64,000 nt of DNA from Balanoglossus misakiensis. Lineage: Eukaryota; Animalia; Hemichordata. The notes under the pieces are model-generated. The model was not told the origin of the DNA and made no database searches. It worked only from the letters and a program-made list of their open reading frames with translations. Positions 26,101-39,600 of the stretch are shown in pieces. The stretch is from assembly GCA_040954595.2 (NCBI GenBank), contig CM082578.2:15174998-15238997 (forward strand). The letters run 5' to 3'. Within the stretch, counting starts at the first letter, position 1; every line of letters begins with the position of its first letter. A program made the translations under genes and the position numbers.

Positions 26101-28539
26101 CATCAGGTTCCAATAAACGAGAGCTTTCACACAGACTGGTTGAAGACTTCCCAGATTACTTTGGTTATGGGTGAGTATAGGGTGGATTTGTTTCTCTCCT
26201 TGTGAAATAAGTACCTGTAACTTAGGGTAATTTTTGCCATTATTTTCATCCCACATCACACACTGTTTTTTGTATATGTCCTTGGCAGAATAATGCATAC
26301 GACACGAGCAGCGTACAGTGGAGAACTGGATACCAGAGATTACAACTTTGTAACAGTCAATCAATTCCAAGACATGGAAATGAATGTAAGTGTTACATTA
26401 TGATGTTTGATTACCTGCAGTAACATTACTATTTGGATTCACATATTTACTGACCAAGTAGCAGATGAAAATATCAGAAAATTTATATTATGCAGTGTGT
26501 GAACAAGTTTATGTAGTGGTATTGTCTATGCTATGGTTCTTTATATTTGCTTGCCTTAAACTCTGGTAATGCTATGAGTATAATAAATGGAGTTGTGAAA
26601 TTCACATATTCTCTGATTTTTTGTTGATTCCAGGGGAAATTCATTCTGACCTATGAAATTTCAGGAAGTTATTATGGTCTAGGCATGGATGCCATTGAAA
26701 ATATTGCCAAGGATGGTCTGGCATGTGTTGTTCATCTGGAAATTGAAGTAAGTATTGACATTGCTATCCCCAATAATTGTATCCAAAAGGGTAATACTGT
26801 AACCATGTCTTATATTGAAGACCGGTGTGTAGATTGCATCCCAGGGTCATTGCACATAAACATCCCACAAGTTGGTGATAAGCAAAATTGTACGATGGCT
26901 TTTTGAAAAACCCTTGTTCACTGGCCTGGATGAAAAGCAATTCCTCAGATACTGTTGGTAGAGATTCTCTTTCTTTGACCAGCTTTATTCAACTATTTCA
27001 TTGCAGGGTGTCATGATCCTGAAGCACACATACTTTGAGCCGCGATATGTGCTGATACTGCCACTGGACAAGAATATCCACAGTCAGCGTCTCCACGAGA
27101 GGGGACATTTCACAGTGCCACAGATTGAGCAGATCATGCAGAGGAACGACCTGTACAAGGAAATCAACCAACAGCATCCTGGGTTCTTTGATATGACCAT
27201 TGATAGTAGTAAGTAGGAGCAATCTGTCTCGGATGTGTGTCTTTAGAAGTCTTGTGTATCTTGACCGATACTTATGGTGCTGTCTTGTTTGTATTTTGTA
27301 GATAATGGGGCAGAGGCTTATCGTAGATTGAAGAAATTAGTGATGGATTATCTGGGGATTACTGGATCAACTGGATTTGCCTTGACAGATGATCCATCCA
27401 GTGATTCGCAGACTACTACAACAGGTGAGATGATCTGAAGAGTTGGATAAGCTGGTGAATTATGTGTGAGGGTGTGTGGGGATGGGTGGGCAATGACTGA
27501 AGCTCAGTGGCTGTGCAGTTGCTTCAGACAGACACTGGTTTATAGACACACACACACACACACTCTTCACATGAGCTATTCCATTAACACATTATTTCTA
27601 TTCCACTTGGTGTCTGTCAATTTGATATCTTTATTAAACAAATTCACTCTCATACAGGTAACTCATTGCGTTCTAATGGATCAGGCACATCAGGATCAGC
27701 GTCTGGAGTGAAGACATGGTCCAAACAAACCGTTGACACAGCATCACAACAGATGGCACAGGCAATACGAAGTAAACTTGAACCAACAAAGAGTGCCGTG
27801 GTAAGTTATTACATGCCGTAATATCTAACTGTCCCTCTCTTTCTTTCTCCCCAGCATCTTACGTGTGGTTTTCTGATTTTTGACAGGAACAAGCTTCGTA
27901 CGAACGCCGTCTAAGTGCTGCTAAGGCTGCTGCAGCTGGTGTTGTTCCAAGACCAATTGATCAGTTACTTAACAAGTAAGTTGAGAGTAACACTGAATGC
28001 ATGATTTCCAGGATTTTTCCGTTATATCAAGTTTGAATGAAATATGTTTAAACAGGATCGCTAACAGTTCTGTCACTCTTTGTGGTATTGTTTTTGTGCA
28101 ATTCAGGCCACCAGGTACAGCTCCCACTCAGGGAGGCTCGTCAGGTGACTTGGAAGGACTGAGTGGCAGTGGTAAAGAGCGCCCTCTAACAGTAGCCGTG
28201 GGCGCAGGAATATTCGATGAAATGAACACGGCAGCCCAAACACCAGACTCCAGCGAAGCGACTACTAGGTCAAGTTCACACTTGTCCAATATCTCAGAAG
28301 CTAGGGGGTTCTCTAATCCGGTGTCGCCAGATGCTGGATCGCAGACGTCTCTCCAACTTCCACTGACGGGAGAAGTTCAGGAGACGGAATTCATACCGAG
28401 ACCCCCCTCTGGTGGTAGTGATGGTTTGAGGCCTGGTTCCGTTCATTCACTCGGCAGACCCGGCTCAAACACAAAACCTGTCCTGCCACCAATTTCAACA
28501 ACACCTCGAGAAGATGTGAAGCCACTACCAGAGTATTGA
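23135..28539 (+). CDS. LRGUK: Leucine-rich repeat and guanylate kinase domain-containing protein, multi-exon
   Basis: ATG at 23135 (aaaATGGCG). Exons at about 23135-23332, 23534-23641 (GLSQLGRSADGSMQVFLHLTL), 23896-23977, 24125-24224, 24484-24565, 24834-24958, 25182-25325 and 25492-25659 encode SDS22-type LRRs with the cap LLRNPIQELDDYR. The GK-like domain (26051-27208) reads PYPMLVLVGPSGSNKREL..., HTTRAAYSGE, GKFILTY...YGLGMDAIENIAKDGLACVVHLEIE|GVMILKHTYFEPRYVLI. The low-complexity last exon is about 28107-28539. Confidence 0.95.
24566..24833 (+). other. U12-type (minor spliceosome) GT-AG intron in LRGUK
   Basis: Donor GTATCCTTT at 24566, branch site CCTTAAC at 24813-24819, AG at 24832-24833, with no polypyrimidine tract. 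Removal joins TKLILD-N-NKIGEIKGL in frame. Confidence 0.9.
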
Positions 28540-31500
28540 TGGAATCACCATCATGTGTCTACCTAAACAAAGGAGACAAGAATTGAGCCATCTTGACATG
28601 GCTAGAAAACTTGTCCATATTTAAAGGTGTTGGTCTGTGGCATGTTTGTATAAATGTTTTATGACACCACATAGTTTTTAATTTTCATCCAAAATGGAGA
28701 AGCATTTTCAGACCCTACCATTGTATGTACTGATGAACATGCAATGTCGAATGGGGTTCCAAAATGTCCTTTTGTATATACAAAACATTTTGATGTATAT
28801 CCTGAAAAAAAACCTGCTTTTGTTTGTAGATCTGTGAAGTTTAATTACTTCAATTATTGAACACAATTTCTCCTATGTCAGTCCAAATTTTATCAATGAA
28901 AACAATGTGGTTGTTCAGTGATAAATTCATGTAAATACATAAGTCTTACCTTAGAACTCTAGTATTTTTTTAGCAGATTTTTGCTCTGGTCAGTGTACAG
29001 CATATAAACAGTGTGGTTATCTTGTAATATTTTTCATGAAGAATAAATTGACAATATTTAAGTTCATACAAATGAAATGTTGTGACTGGTGTGAGGCAAC
29101 AGATATGTGCCAGATGACTTTTTTTTTTCTACAGGCAATAAAGTTTAAAGATATATGTGCAGTTGCCATGGATACCAAAGCTTTGGGAGGGGCAGATTCA
29201 TGGGTGACTGAGTTTATTTCGCATGTAGGTTGTCTCATTTCAAGTATAATGATTTATTTCACACACTGAGAACTTGACTATTAGAAATAGTGTCTGTCGT
29301 GTTTGAACAGACGCAGATAATGTGTGGTAAGCGATATGAACATCGCTTTTGTGAGAGGCTCGCACACTCCAAATGCAAGTCCTCATAAAACAAATTAGCA
29401 ATCATCCCACAATAGGCATCCCTTGCAGAGAATAACAATGGTCCCTCTGTGGTGGAATACCCAACAGTGGGGGAGGGGGGTTCATAGCAATCATTGAAAT
29501 CAGATGGGACAGGAGAAGAATTGTGCGTGTTCTACTCCTGTTTCTATTCACTGGTTTCACCAGTCCCTGACAAGTTTATTTTCTGCCACTCCTACTTAAA
29601 TGGAGTCATTAAATCATCTTATTCTTTCGGCTGAGAAACTTCAACTGAACGTGTATTGAGTACAGTTATAGTGCAGTTTGGGTAGCCTTTGTCAAATTTA
29701 GATTTCAATGTTCTAAATTTGCCATGTGATTTGTTTTGTGTGTGTGTGTATATATATATATATATGTACTCCCTTGGTTTTCTTTATTTTGGTAGTCTAT
29801 GATGTATTTTTTAAGTTTCATAATTTTAATGAGGTTGAACACACTACACTTGGCAGTTTGTCTTGATATGTGCTGTTATAGGCAGTCCACTCTCTACAAT
29901 TTGATCGCGTTACACATTCGTGTTGTTGTTTTTTTCGGGAGGGGCTTCAAAAAATATTATGTGCAAGAAGGGGTATCTGGATCCGTGAAAGACTGCCCCC
30001 GCCCCCTCGCAAATTCTTCTCATTGAAGGGGGTCTTTACGGTCAAGCAGCGCGTATGCGCGGACTCCTCTAAGAGACGTGCGTGGGCGGGCTCACACGCA
30101 GGGATTACTCTGGATTCGTTTGTTTGTAAAGTGAAAGCAAACATATGGGCGGTGACAAAACAATGGCAGATAGCCTCCAGAGACTGTGTGCTTTGAGTTT
30201 CGTACACGCCTATTAATTTGTAAGTCTCAGCCAGGGAGGTTTAGTACACGCCCATCTGCCGTTTGAAAAGATGAAAAGGTAGAATGATGACGTAATCTAA
30301 TTTGAAAAGAAAATACCTGTAATGCAAATGCAAATCGTGCAGGTGCACTCTTTACCTGAAAATAATAACGTTATATTGAAGCTGCTAACTCAACTTGCTT
30401 TCATTTTGTCTTTTACCAGATTTGGCAAATTCGCAGTTGAACAAATCTTGAAAAAAAATTAGAGAAGTAAGATGTAACAGTGGTGAACGGCTAAGATGGA
30501 GTGACCACCCAAATTATCCAACTTGGTGGTCATAGCGACGCAGCTCAACGACGGGTTCTCACATTATCATCGCAACAACCTCGCTCTGGACCATCAATAA
30601 CAGCGACTGTTTGTCGTAAAAAGCGCCCGTTATCGCATGAAAACGCCATGCTTTTGCGATTGGAATGCACGCTGTGCGGCTGGTTGCTAGTTTATCAATC
30701 ACCAACGACGTCCATAAATTTCTGTCTTGGAAGAGTCCGTCCTGGCGTCGCCACGGTGACGAATCACGTGATCAGACCCTGTGAGTGTTTCTCATGGTAG
30801 CTTCTCCAAAGCTTATCCAAGGTGCTCCATGTTTGGGCTGTTAATTAAACCGGGACAATTTAGTAGGTAAATTTACTTTTTTATTTGATTATTTCAGAGC
30901 CATGTTTTCCGTGTCAACATTTCTGACTCTGTTCGCGTCAAGTGCGCTTCAAATTGTTTTCTGACGTCATTATTTCGAGCCTGGGAAAACCACACAAAAC
31001 GGTGCATTCCATCGGGTAAGTACGGCAAGGTCTCAACTCTGTTGACCTTTGGTGACCTTGTGGCATCTCAAGTTTCCAGACACTGGAAAGTTTTCAGAGC
31101 AGCCCGCGGTGAGGTTTCTGATTAAAATTCTTTTCTCCGTGCAAGGTTTTCGTTTTCTTTCCCAAAACGAGTCTTGCCCTTCGACCCCATTCAATTTGCA
31201 AACTATTATTGTTTGTATAATACGCAGGTAATGCTCGCGAAAAGCCGCAATCTGTAGAATACCAAGTTTTTGTGTTTACTGAATCGGATATGACCTGCCG
31301 CCAGTCGCGCGCCGTTGCGCCACTGTGTGTCGGTATGCGCTTTTTTGTGAAAGGTCCCCACGAGCCGGTACATTTTCGGGGCCTGGTGATGCATATAGAT
31401 GGTGTAGTTCAGGGTAAATCAACAATGACACCTTGTCCAATCCACGCAGCTGTTCAGCCTCGTTACGCTGGGTCGTTTCAAGCTTAGGGACTCTTCCAAA

Positions 31501-33683
31501 ATTCAGCCGAGACATCTGCAGCGCGATTTCACGGAGAAAGATAACTAACAAAGTTCCATCTTTCGCATCGTCATCTTTTGTTGTTGTGGTGGCGATGATG
31601 GTGGTGGTGGTGGTGGTGTTTTATTCGTTAGTGTTTCCGGACTTGAGATATTGACGATCAGCTCTGTTATTTGAGCGTATTCACAGTCATAAGGCATCCC
31701 CTTTCTCGAAATTACGTGTGGTAGAAATCAAACTGCGTCAATCCACCACTGTGCTGAACAGAAATGTGAGATCTGCGTCCGTCTTTGACCACCACGACGT
31801 AATGTGGCCACAGTGTTGCATGCGATGCTTCACACCGACAGATTGAGCGTCTCATCTTCAACTACATGATAGCCGAAAGCTTGGTAATTTTACCTTCCTC
31901 TGTAATAAAGTCGACAGAAACTTGGAATAGGCGTAATTCTGGCCTGTTTTCCTAGGATAATGTTGCTTTTCTTGACTGCAAGACATAATTTCCATGGCAA
32001 AGGTCGGGGTTGGAGAATTGGATTGATACTATCAGAATCGACATTAACCCTTCGTACAATGCTTTTATGTTCCATGTCTTGGTCTCAAGTAAATTTGCAC
32101 TTAAATTTGTTAACTTCAAAATCAAAGTTCGCCAACTTGAATATGAAATTGACACTCCAGTAAAAGTTTTAGATGTTTTGCCACTCCTCTCAGAAATCAC
32201 ACACTCTGTATTTAGCGATTCATCCGCCAATAGTAAAAACGTGTTATGGTGCGTTTTTGACAGTTGTCTACCCAATCTCTGTGAGTTGTCACCGCCCCTG
32301 AATTGGCGGCTGGTAGCCGTCATGTGCGGCGCAAATGAGCTCCGCACTCCAAAAGACTAACATAAATCTATACTTTACAAAGGCCTATTCATCACGTGCC
32401 TTTAACCACATTCAACAAATTAAAAGTCTTATTAACATCCCAAAGAAAGTTTTAACGCCGTCACATAAGCCAGATTTTGAGCACGCCAGACCAGACACAG
32501 ATAGTCCCACGGTTTTTTGTATCCACCACCGGAATTGTTCGGTTTTGCGTTTCCTACCAGGGGGCTTGTACAATAAATAGAGTTTCTTGATTAATGGTGG
32601 TCGAGAAAAATGCTGCGCTCCCCTCCGGGAACAAAAGAGAACCCGTGCATGGGAAAGCAGTGCAGTGTGGGTTACATTTGTGGAAAGTGTCGGCACTACC
32701 GCCATTCAAGCGAGTGTGCTGCGTACAATGGACAAACGACGGCCTCACGACAAACACTATTATAGAAATCACTTTCTGCTCTGAATACTGGCTCTGTCGT
32801 CACCAGTACAATAAAACCGAACATAAAAGAGGAAGTACCACCCATTGATGCTGATCTCTCCCATTGTAAATGCGACCTCTATTGCCGTGTCGATTGAGTG
32901 GAAAAACCGTCGATAAACATGAACGTTCCCACGTCACATCGAGGTACTTTTGAGAAACCAAGCTCCAGAAGTTGCTGAACGAAACACTGCCTAAACCACT
33001 GCCTGTTGTCTTTTGCAGGAGTTGGCCTCTGGACGAGATCGGAATATAGCAGAGGTGTTATGGTTTTCGTCGCTCTGGATTTCGCCTGATATTGGTCCTG
33101 CAGACAGAAGACCGTGAGATCAGCTGTTAAGAGTGTAAAAGGACAGGGGTCAGGTCGGGTTGCGGTACTGTTTCCATCCACCAACCCCTCTGTATCACTT
33201 TTGCACGTTGGACGACCGATCTCCTTTTCATGACTGAGCTTGGAAAGTAATTTCAACAACAGCTAGCGACGAAACTACGAAGATTGAAACTTCTCGCATG
33301 TAGGACAAGGTCCGAAAATCGGCCAGCTGTAACGTGTGGTGTCGCACTGCCTGCTATTACCGTTATGTTTTGTGTAGCGATTTGACCAGCAATCACAACG
33401 TTCGTATTAAAGAAGCGAACATAATCCGCATTGGAGGAACGTGGTCAGCGCAATTTAATGGAATGCCAAACCAGAAAAGGCTTTCATTTTGCAAAAATGC
33501 GTGGACGCGTCTTTGAAAAGATCACGATGACGCACTAAGCATTTAAAAGCCAGGAATTTTCTTTCCGTCGGTTTCTTACAAGCACGCGCACATATTCACA
33601 GTTTAGACGCATCGACCGAGCACCGATATTGCATTGTGCCTCCCCGTGCGAAACAAATGCATCGGCATGCACCCATTGCTTGG

Positions 33684-36600
33684 ATGACAGGATGCCAAGA
33701 ACGAGCGGGCGACGACGTCCATCACCACAGGTAAATATTGCGCCTCTCGATCATTGTTGCCTCAACCGGGGGTTGCTATGACAACACTTCCAATCTACAA
33801 GAACTTGAATATTTAAAAGGGACCAAATGGTTAAAAAAATTGCCAATAGTACTAGATGTTGGGTTTTATCCTGATTCTGAATGTACATCTGTTCTGTTAA
33901 GGGAATTCTAAGCTTGGTATACTTGATGACGAAATTTGCCCCTGCTGCAGTTTGCAATTAAGTTAATTGGCATTGTTTTAAAAGCTAGGATTTACTAGTA
34001 TATTGCAGTGGGAGATGCTTGGTGTCCCCCCTCATCATCATAGGTATGCGTTGAGTCACCCGACAAATATAACCACAACCGTGGGAAGCTTTTAGAACTT
34101 TGTCGATTCAATTGTCCTCTGATTTCTCATTGTGTTCAGGACTTGGGCATGTATGGCTTGCACTATCCATGACGCTAATCAGGCCGGAATCAAAGCCTCT
34201 ATCCCACTGGATAAACTCTTTCTATTTTACGCTACTTTTCCAGGTCAAAGAATGACTTCGCCGTGTTTGTGTACAGTGGCTCTGCAAAGACGCCATTATG
34301 CCTGGCGGTTAAGAGTACCGACTCGGTAGACTCGTTGAAAAGGACCGCTATTGACGGGTTCAAGTTGAACACCGGGGCGGCAGTTACCAATCAAACCTGG
34401 TCTCTGCGCAGGTACATCTCAAGGCTGGGACGGCCAGACACGGTGAGAGAAGGATTCTTTTATACTCAGACTTCCACCGCGTTGGTCAAATGTGTCTGAT
34501 TTATTGAGAAATGCGCACATGTTCTTATTTCATGTGGGAATTCCTCAAGCAGACCCATGTCTTGATATACTCAATTTAGCCTTGGAGTAAATATTACTTC
34601 CGTACAAACATGGCAAGGAACAAGTCATTTTATAAGCATTGGGGGCAGAAATGTAAAACTGTGAACATTAGCTCGATGTGCAAATAATTTTAAAGCTGCG
34701 AAATACCTTACCAACACACACATAATTACCAAACTTTATTAGCACAAAATCATGTCAGTGTGCGTAATGTCACCCCCACTACTTGAGATGTGAACACTCC
34801 CTTTGCAGTGCTAATCCCACCGACGTGTTCCAGGCATCAACAAACGGTCAGTGATGGAATAAACTGCACGTCCGCGATATAAACTTTGCAGACCGCTATT
34901 TAGACCGCTGGGTCTGGGCAATTAACTTGTGTCGGTAGCAAAAAATTCGATTCCAATCCATTTCCCAACCCCATAAAAGAGTAATCAGTTGGGCAAGAAT
35001 GTGACAAAATACTGCCTTCGATAATATCAAGTATTTACAAACGATTTCTCACTCACCAAGGTGCTATCATTATGATTGTGAGTCGTGGAAACGTTTCGCA
35101 CAACGTCATTCTCTTAAATCTTTATCGAAAGGAAATTTCAAATGGATTTCATTAAGATTTGTTGGTATAATTAAACCAAGCATACTCGGATCAGATTGCA
35201 TTCAGCAGACAACGAAAGCTTATAATGTAAAAGTGATATTTTCTTCAGAATACGATAATCAAGGTTTTGCGTTGCTCTGCTTCGGCTCCGTGGTGCGCGT
35301 GTGGGCGATCGCTTGATTTAGCATGTGAATGCAAACAGCAAGCACTTTCAATATCCACTCAATAGCCCATCTATACAGGTTGTATCGTAGATCTGTTAGT
35401 GAATGCTCCAATTCAAAGCTGGAGGGGGGAGTTGTTGTTACTTGTTTTCACCTCCGAGACTTAAAACGAAAATGGACTGTCTTATTTCATGTGTCATACC
35501 ACAGCGGCTGTATCGGTTCAGTCATTTCACCAAATTTCCCATGCTGCACGGACCAGTGAGAGCAAGTACGTGCACGTTTGGACGATTCTACATCGCGTCG
35601 GTTGAGTCCAGCGAGCAACTTGAGTTTGTTGTACCACCTTACAAAAGATACTAAAGTACCACCAACTTGTCTCAGCATTGTCCATGCAGTCAAGCAAAGT
35701 GTTCTAAGTATTTTGTCAACCGCTAAATGGGCAAAGCCTCTTTTTATTTTAATGTGGCGTTTCCTTAAGTGTTGATTCTGGCCATTCTAAAGGCAAAGAC
35801 GTCAAATTGAATGCTTATTACCATGGCGACTAGTTCTAATCTACTTACGCCCCGACAAATACTGAATCCGCACTTGAAAGTCAGCCCGTAACTATACTGT
35901 ACATGTCATTCTTGTAGTCGTGCAGTATTTGGGAAACAGGTTCGACTCATTTCATGAACTCAGCAGAAAAGCGCCAAACAAAGCGTCAGACAAACAATTC
36001 ACGATGCCCCGGTGTATATTTAGTCAATTTAGTCAACACTGGGTCACACAAATCATCCAACTTCTATTTGTGTGCTATAACCAAACAAATAAATCCCTTT
36101 AATGTAATCAGTTGTCGTCCTGTGAATTTTGCCCATGCCCGGCTGACCTGCTGCTATTTATATCTCGCTTTGATAGGGTGTTTGTTTTCAAATTTGCTTT
36201 CACTAAACTATTCATTTCCAAACCCTCATAGCTTGTAGTCACGCAAAATCCATTATAAATTATTTCCTCATTGCCTGTCGGTCACGTTATGAATTATTTC
36301 CTGGTTCCCATAAATTGACATGCAAGGGTGAAGCCACGTCTCACTTGCAAATCGTGAGATAACTAAATTATCTTCCAGCTGCATTCGCTTAATTTAGGAG
36401 GTCTTGCTCTTCAGTTTACTGTGTTATTTTCTTTAAACTGCCGGCAGCAAAAAGGGTAAGGTCAGTTGGATCATGAGAAAAAGACTTGAAATTAATACGT
36501 ACGGTCATATTAAGGCCGGGGTCACTATCGTCCATCGTCTTTGACACCGGTGCCAAATTCTGTACCTATGAAAGCTGACCATAAATTAAATTGAAGTAAA

Positions 36601-39600
36601 TTCCGTTTCTTCCTTTTTTTCGTTTCAACACAGTTGCGAGAGGATTCCACGCTTGGTGATTACGACATCAAGGCAGATGAAAACCTGTTGCTGAGTTTTG
36701 GAGAACAGGGACTTCTGGGAGGCGGAGGTGGCGAAGACAAAGCTGCTCAAAGGCAAGGTGGGAGCCATTCATCTTATATTGCAAGATCTTAGGGGACGCT
36801 AGCATTTCAGCGTGAGAAATTGGGATCTGACTCAGGGTGGGGTAGTAAAGCCAAAAGGGTATCAACTCAAGGACCAATAACTAAGTCAATATTTTTGGGA
36901 CGTCATATTAGGCCTACTTTTGAATAGTTGATAATGCTTATCTTCCAGCAGAAGACTTTTATTTTTAAACCGCATTTTTTTCTTTCTGAAGAGAATTCAT
37001 TTTGTTAATATTACCCAAATAAGTGTAATGTAGTACCGCATGAAACAAAATTCAACCGCTCCATGGGAGTTTCGTTCTATTTTTGTCTGACTAAACCGAG
37101 GGACCCTAGCTGTTACGTATTACTTTTCAAACTACTAGTATCATGTTATATTAGATATGGAGATATTGTCTAATATGAACATCTGTCACTCACTCAATTA
37201 ATGATGAGTGACAGTATCCCGGGTAATTTTGTGGCTTTAGATCGGGTGCTTTCGTTTTTATCGAAATGTGGCCTCTGAGGGAGACATTACTCCCCGTGTG
37301 CGTTCATTTCGCAGTCGTCCATGTATATTTTCTTCAGTCGGTTTCAATGTCGACTTGCAATACTAACAAAACCACTTTGTTCTGTTTGTTCATAGAAATA
37401 CAAAGAAGCCCATCCCACCACGCGTACAAACTGTACCGAAATAAGAATCTTCTCATCTCTAGACTAGACCTTGGTGGACACATTCTCAACCACCTTGTAC
37501 AGGAGGGCGCTATAACACTGGAAGACTACTACCACATATATCAACCGGGAATGTCACCTCGTATGCAAATCGAGCGCTTAATTGATGTTCTAGCGGTGAA
37601 GGACAACGACGCCTACCAGACTTTCTTGGCTTCAATGAAGCAAGGTCATTCCGATATAGTTGGGATTTTGGAAGTTGAAGAACATTTGCAGAGACTGGTC
37701 GTAACACCACCGCCGCCACCACCACCCCGGGGCGCTTCTAAACGCAGTGTGACCTCACCGACTGCGCAGACTGTGGGTGATGCCGCGGGTCAGGGCAACA
37801 TATCTTCCGTGACCTCATCAACCGAGAGACGTCTGACCGAAACACCCCAGTCACAATCAATGGAAAGAGGGAATGGCTCGCCCGCCGAAAGCCAGCCGCG
37901 ATCTCGCGCCGAAGCACCAGGATCACTGCCGCCGTACACGCTACAACTAAACACGACACTGCCCAAGTCGCCCAAGTCTCCGGATCAACGGTTTCAACAG
38001 ATTCTCCACTCAAGTGAAGATGTCACGATGACGTCACCAGTCATGGTGTCTTCAACTATGACCGAGTTCGTTCAGTCGGAACCACAACAAAGTGGAGGAA
38101 TCCTAGATAGTCCCAGAGCGTTAACTTCTCAGTCATTTCAGTCGCTACCTTCACACGCTCCAACCCCGGCTACACAGGCCAATGATTGTCTCTCCCGGCC
38201 AGCAGTACTCAGCGTCAGGCCGCCTCCCCCACCATACAGGCACAACGTGTACAAACCCCCCGCCTGGAACATGTCGGAAACGCCGCCGAGGTACCCCTAC
38301 TCCGGACATATGTATCCCGGATCACGGGAAGAAGAGTTTTTCCAACAAAGTGAGAGTTCTGCCCATCGCCCTCTCAACACAGGATCTGAACACAGCATGG
38401 ACACAACAACGCAGCACTCGGAACATTATTATGAAATGCTGGAGCCTTTGCCAGTTTTCACAAGTTACACCCAGCTCCAGCAAATGCAACGAAATGATGC
38501 CCGGAATGTTGCAAGTCACTCAGCCCAGTCACAGTGGGTTGAAACACGTCCAGAAAGCCAAAGCCAAAGGCACGGCTCTGAATCAGCTTCATACGATATC
38601 TCACTGGCCAATCAGTCGATACGTTCTTATATGGAGGGTTTGGAGGAAGACGTTTTGCCCCTTGAAACGAATGCAACGGGGTTCCCGTCGAGACGAGCGT
38701 CATATCCGCAACAAGGAGCTACGGAATTGCCTTATTTTCCCGCGATGCGAGAGTGTGATTCTGCGATTTTAGAACCAACACGTGAAAAATATCCCGGAGC
38801 CACAACTGAAAGCAATAAATCAGCCCAAGCAGCAGGACTTTGTATGCACCAGGCCCCCACCCAGCTCTCGTCTTCAATCACCACTTCACCCGCGGAACTT
38901 TCTCAAACACCTCCGTTACGAAGGGCCAATCCTACGCAGGTATACCATGTCGCGCAAAGTGTTCCCGTTACTAGGAGACTACGCGAGGAAAGTGCCTACG
39001 TTTCGCGGGCTTCGGACGCAACCCCGGGACACTATGAAGAAAGTGGACCACCGAGGCAGACGACACCGGTTACGACTGGTAGCAACATTTTCCCTCCAGT
39101 TCTGCAAAGAACGACAAGTGATTATATTCACAGAGAGACTTTTATGGTTTCATGCCCCGAGGGTAAGCACAGCGTGCGTGAAAGGGGGACACCGAGAATG
39201 GGTGTCGGAGCGATCAGCTCCACCACTAGCCTAAGACAATCACCCGACGTGATGGACACATCGTCTCCTCCACGGGTCAGGTCGTTCGAAGGAATTCACA
39301 GCATGCCCACCTGTGTGCCACCCGTCTGGAGAAGGGGAAGATCTCCGACCAGGCGAACTGGAGATAGACCGTGGAGACAAGCGCTAACGCCGCCGCCGCC
39401 AAAACGCCAACCGGTGACCGTCCGACAACGATTGGCCGCCACACCACCGCCTCTAAGGACAAGTACTCCACACACGGGATACAGGTTATACACGGCCTTA
39501 GGCAAGTATGATTGTAAACATACTGTTCATCACAATTATCGAAAGTCTAAACCTGTAATTAGTAAAACTTAACAAGCAAAGTTCAGTGTAGTTTTTGACC

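Noticed and set aside
30400-33400. Several 60-130 aa ORFs and splice-like sites between LRGUK and the NLR
   Set aside because: I could not assemble a consistent reading frame or recognise a domain. Probably regulatory or non-coding.
34536-34545. GGGAATTCCT NF-kB-like site in an NLR intron
   Set aside because: A single imperfect 10-mer is expected by chance in 64 kb.
37266-37395. ORF-track start MWPLRETLL... as the NLR N-terminus
   Set aside because: It reads like intron, with a pyrimidine tract and an acceptor at 37395. Upstream exons splice in frame at 37396.
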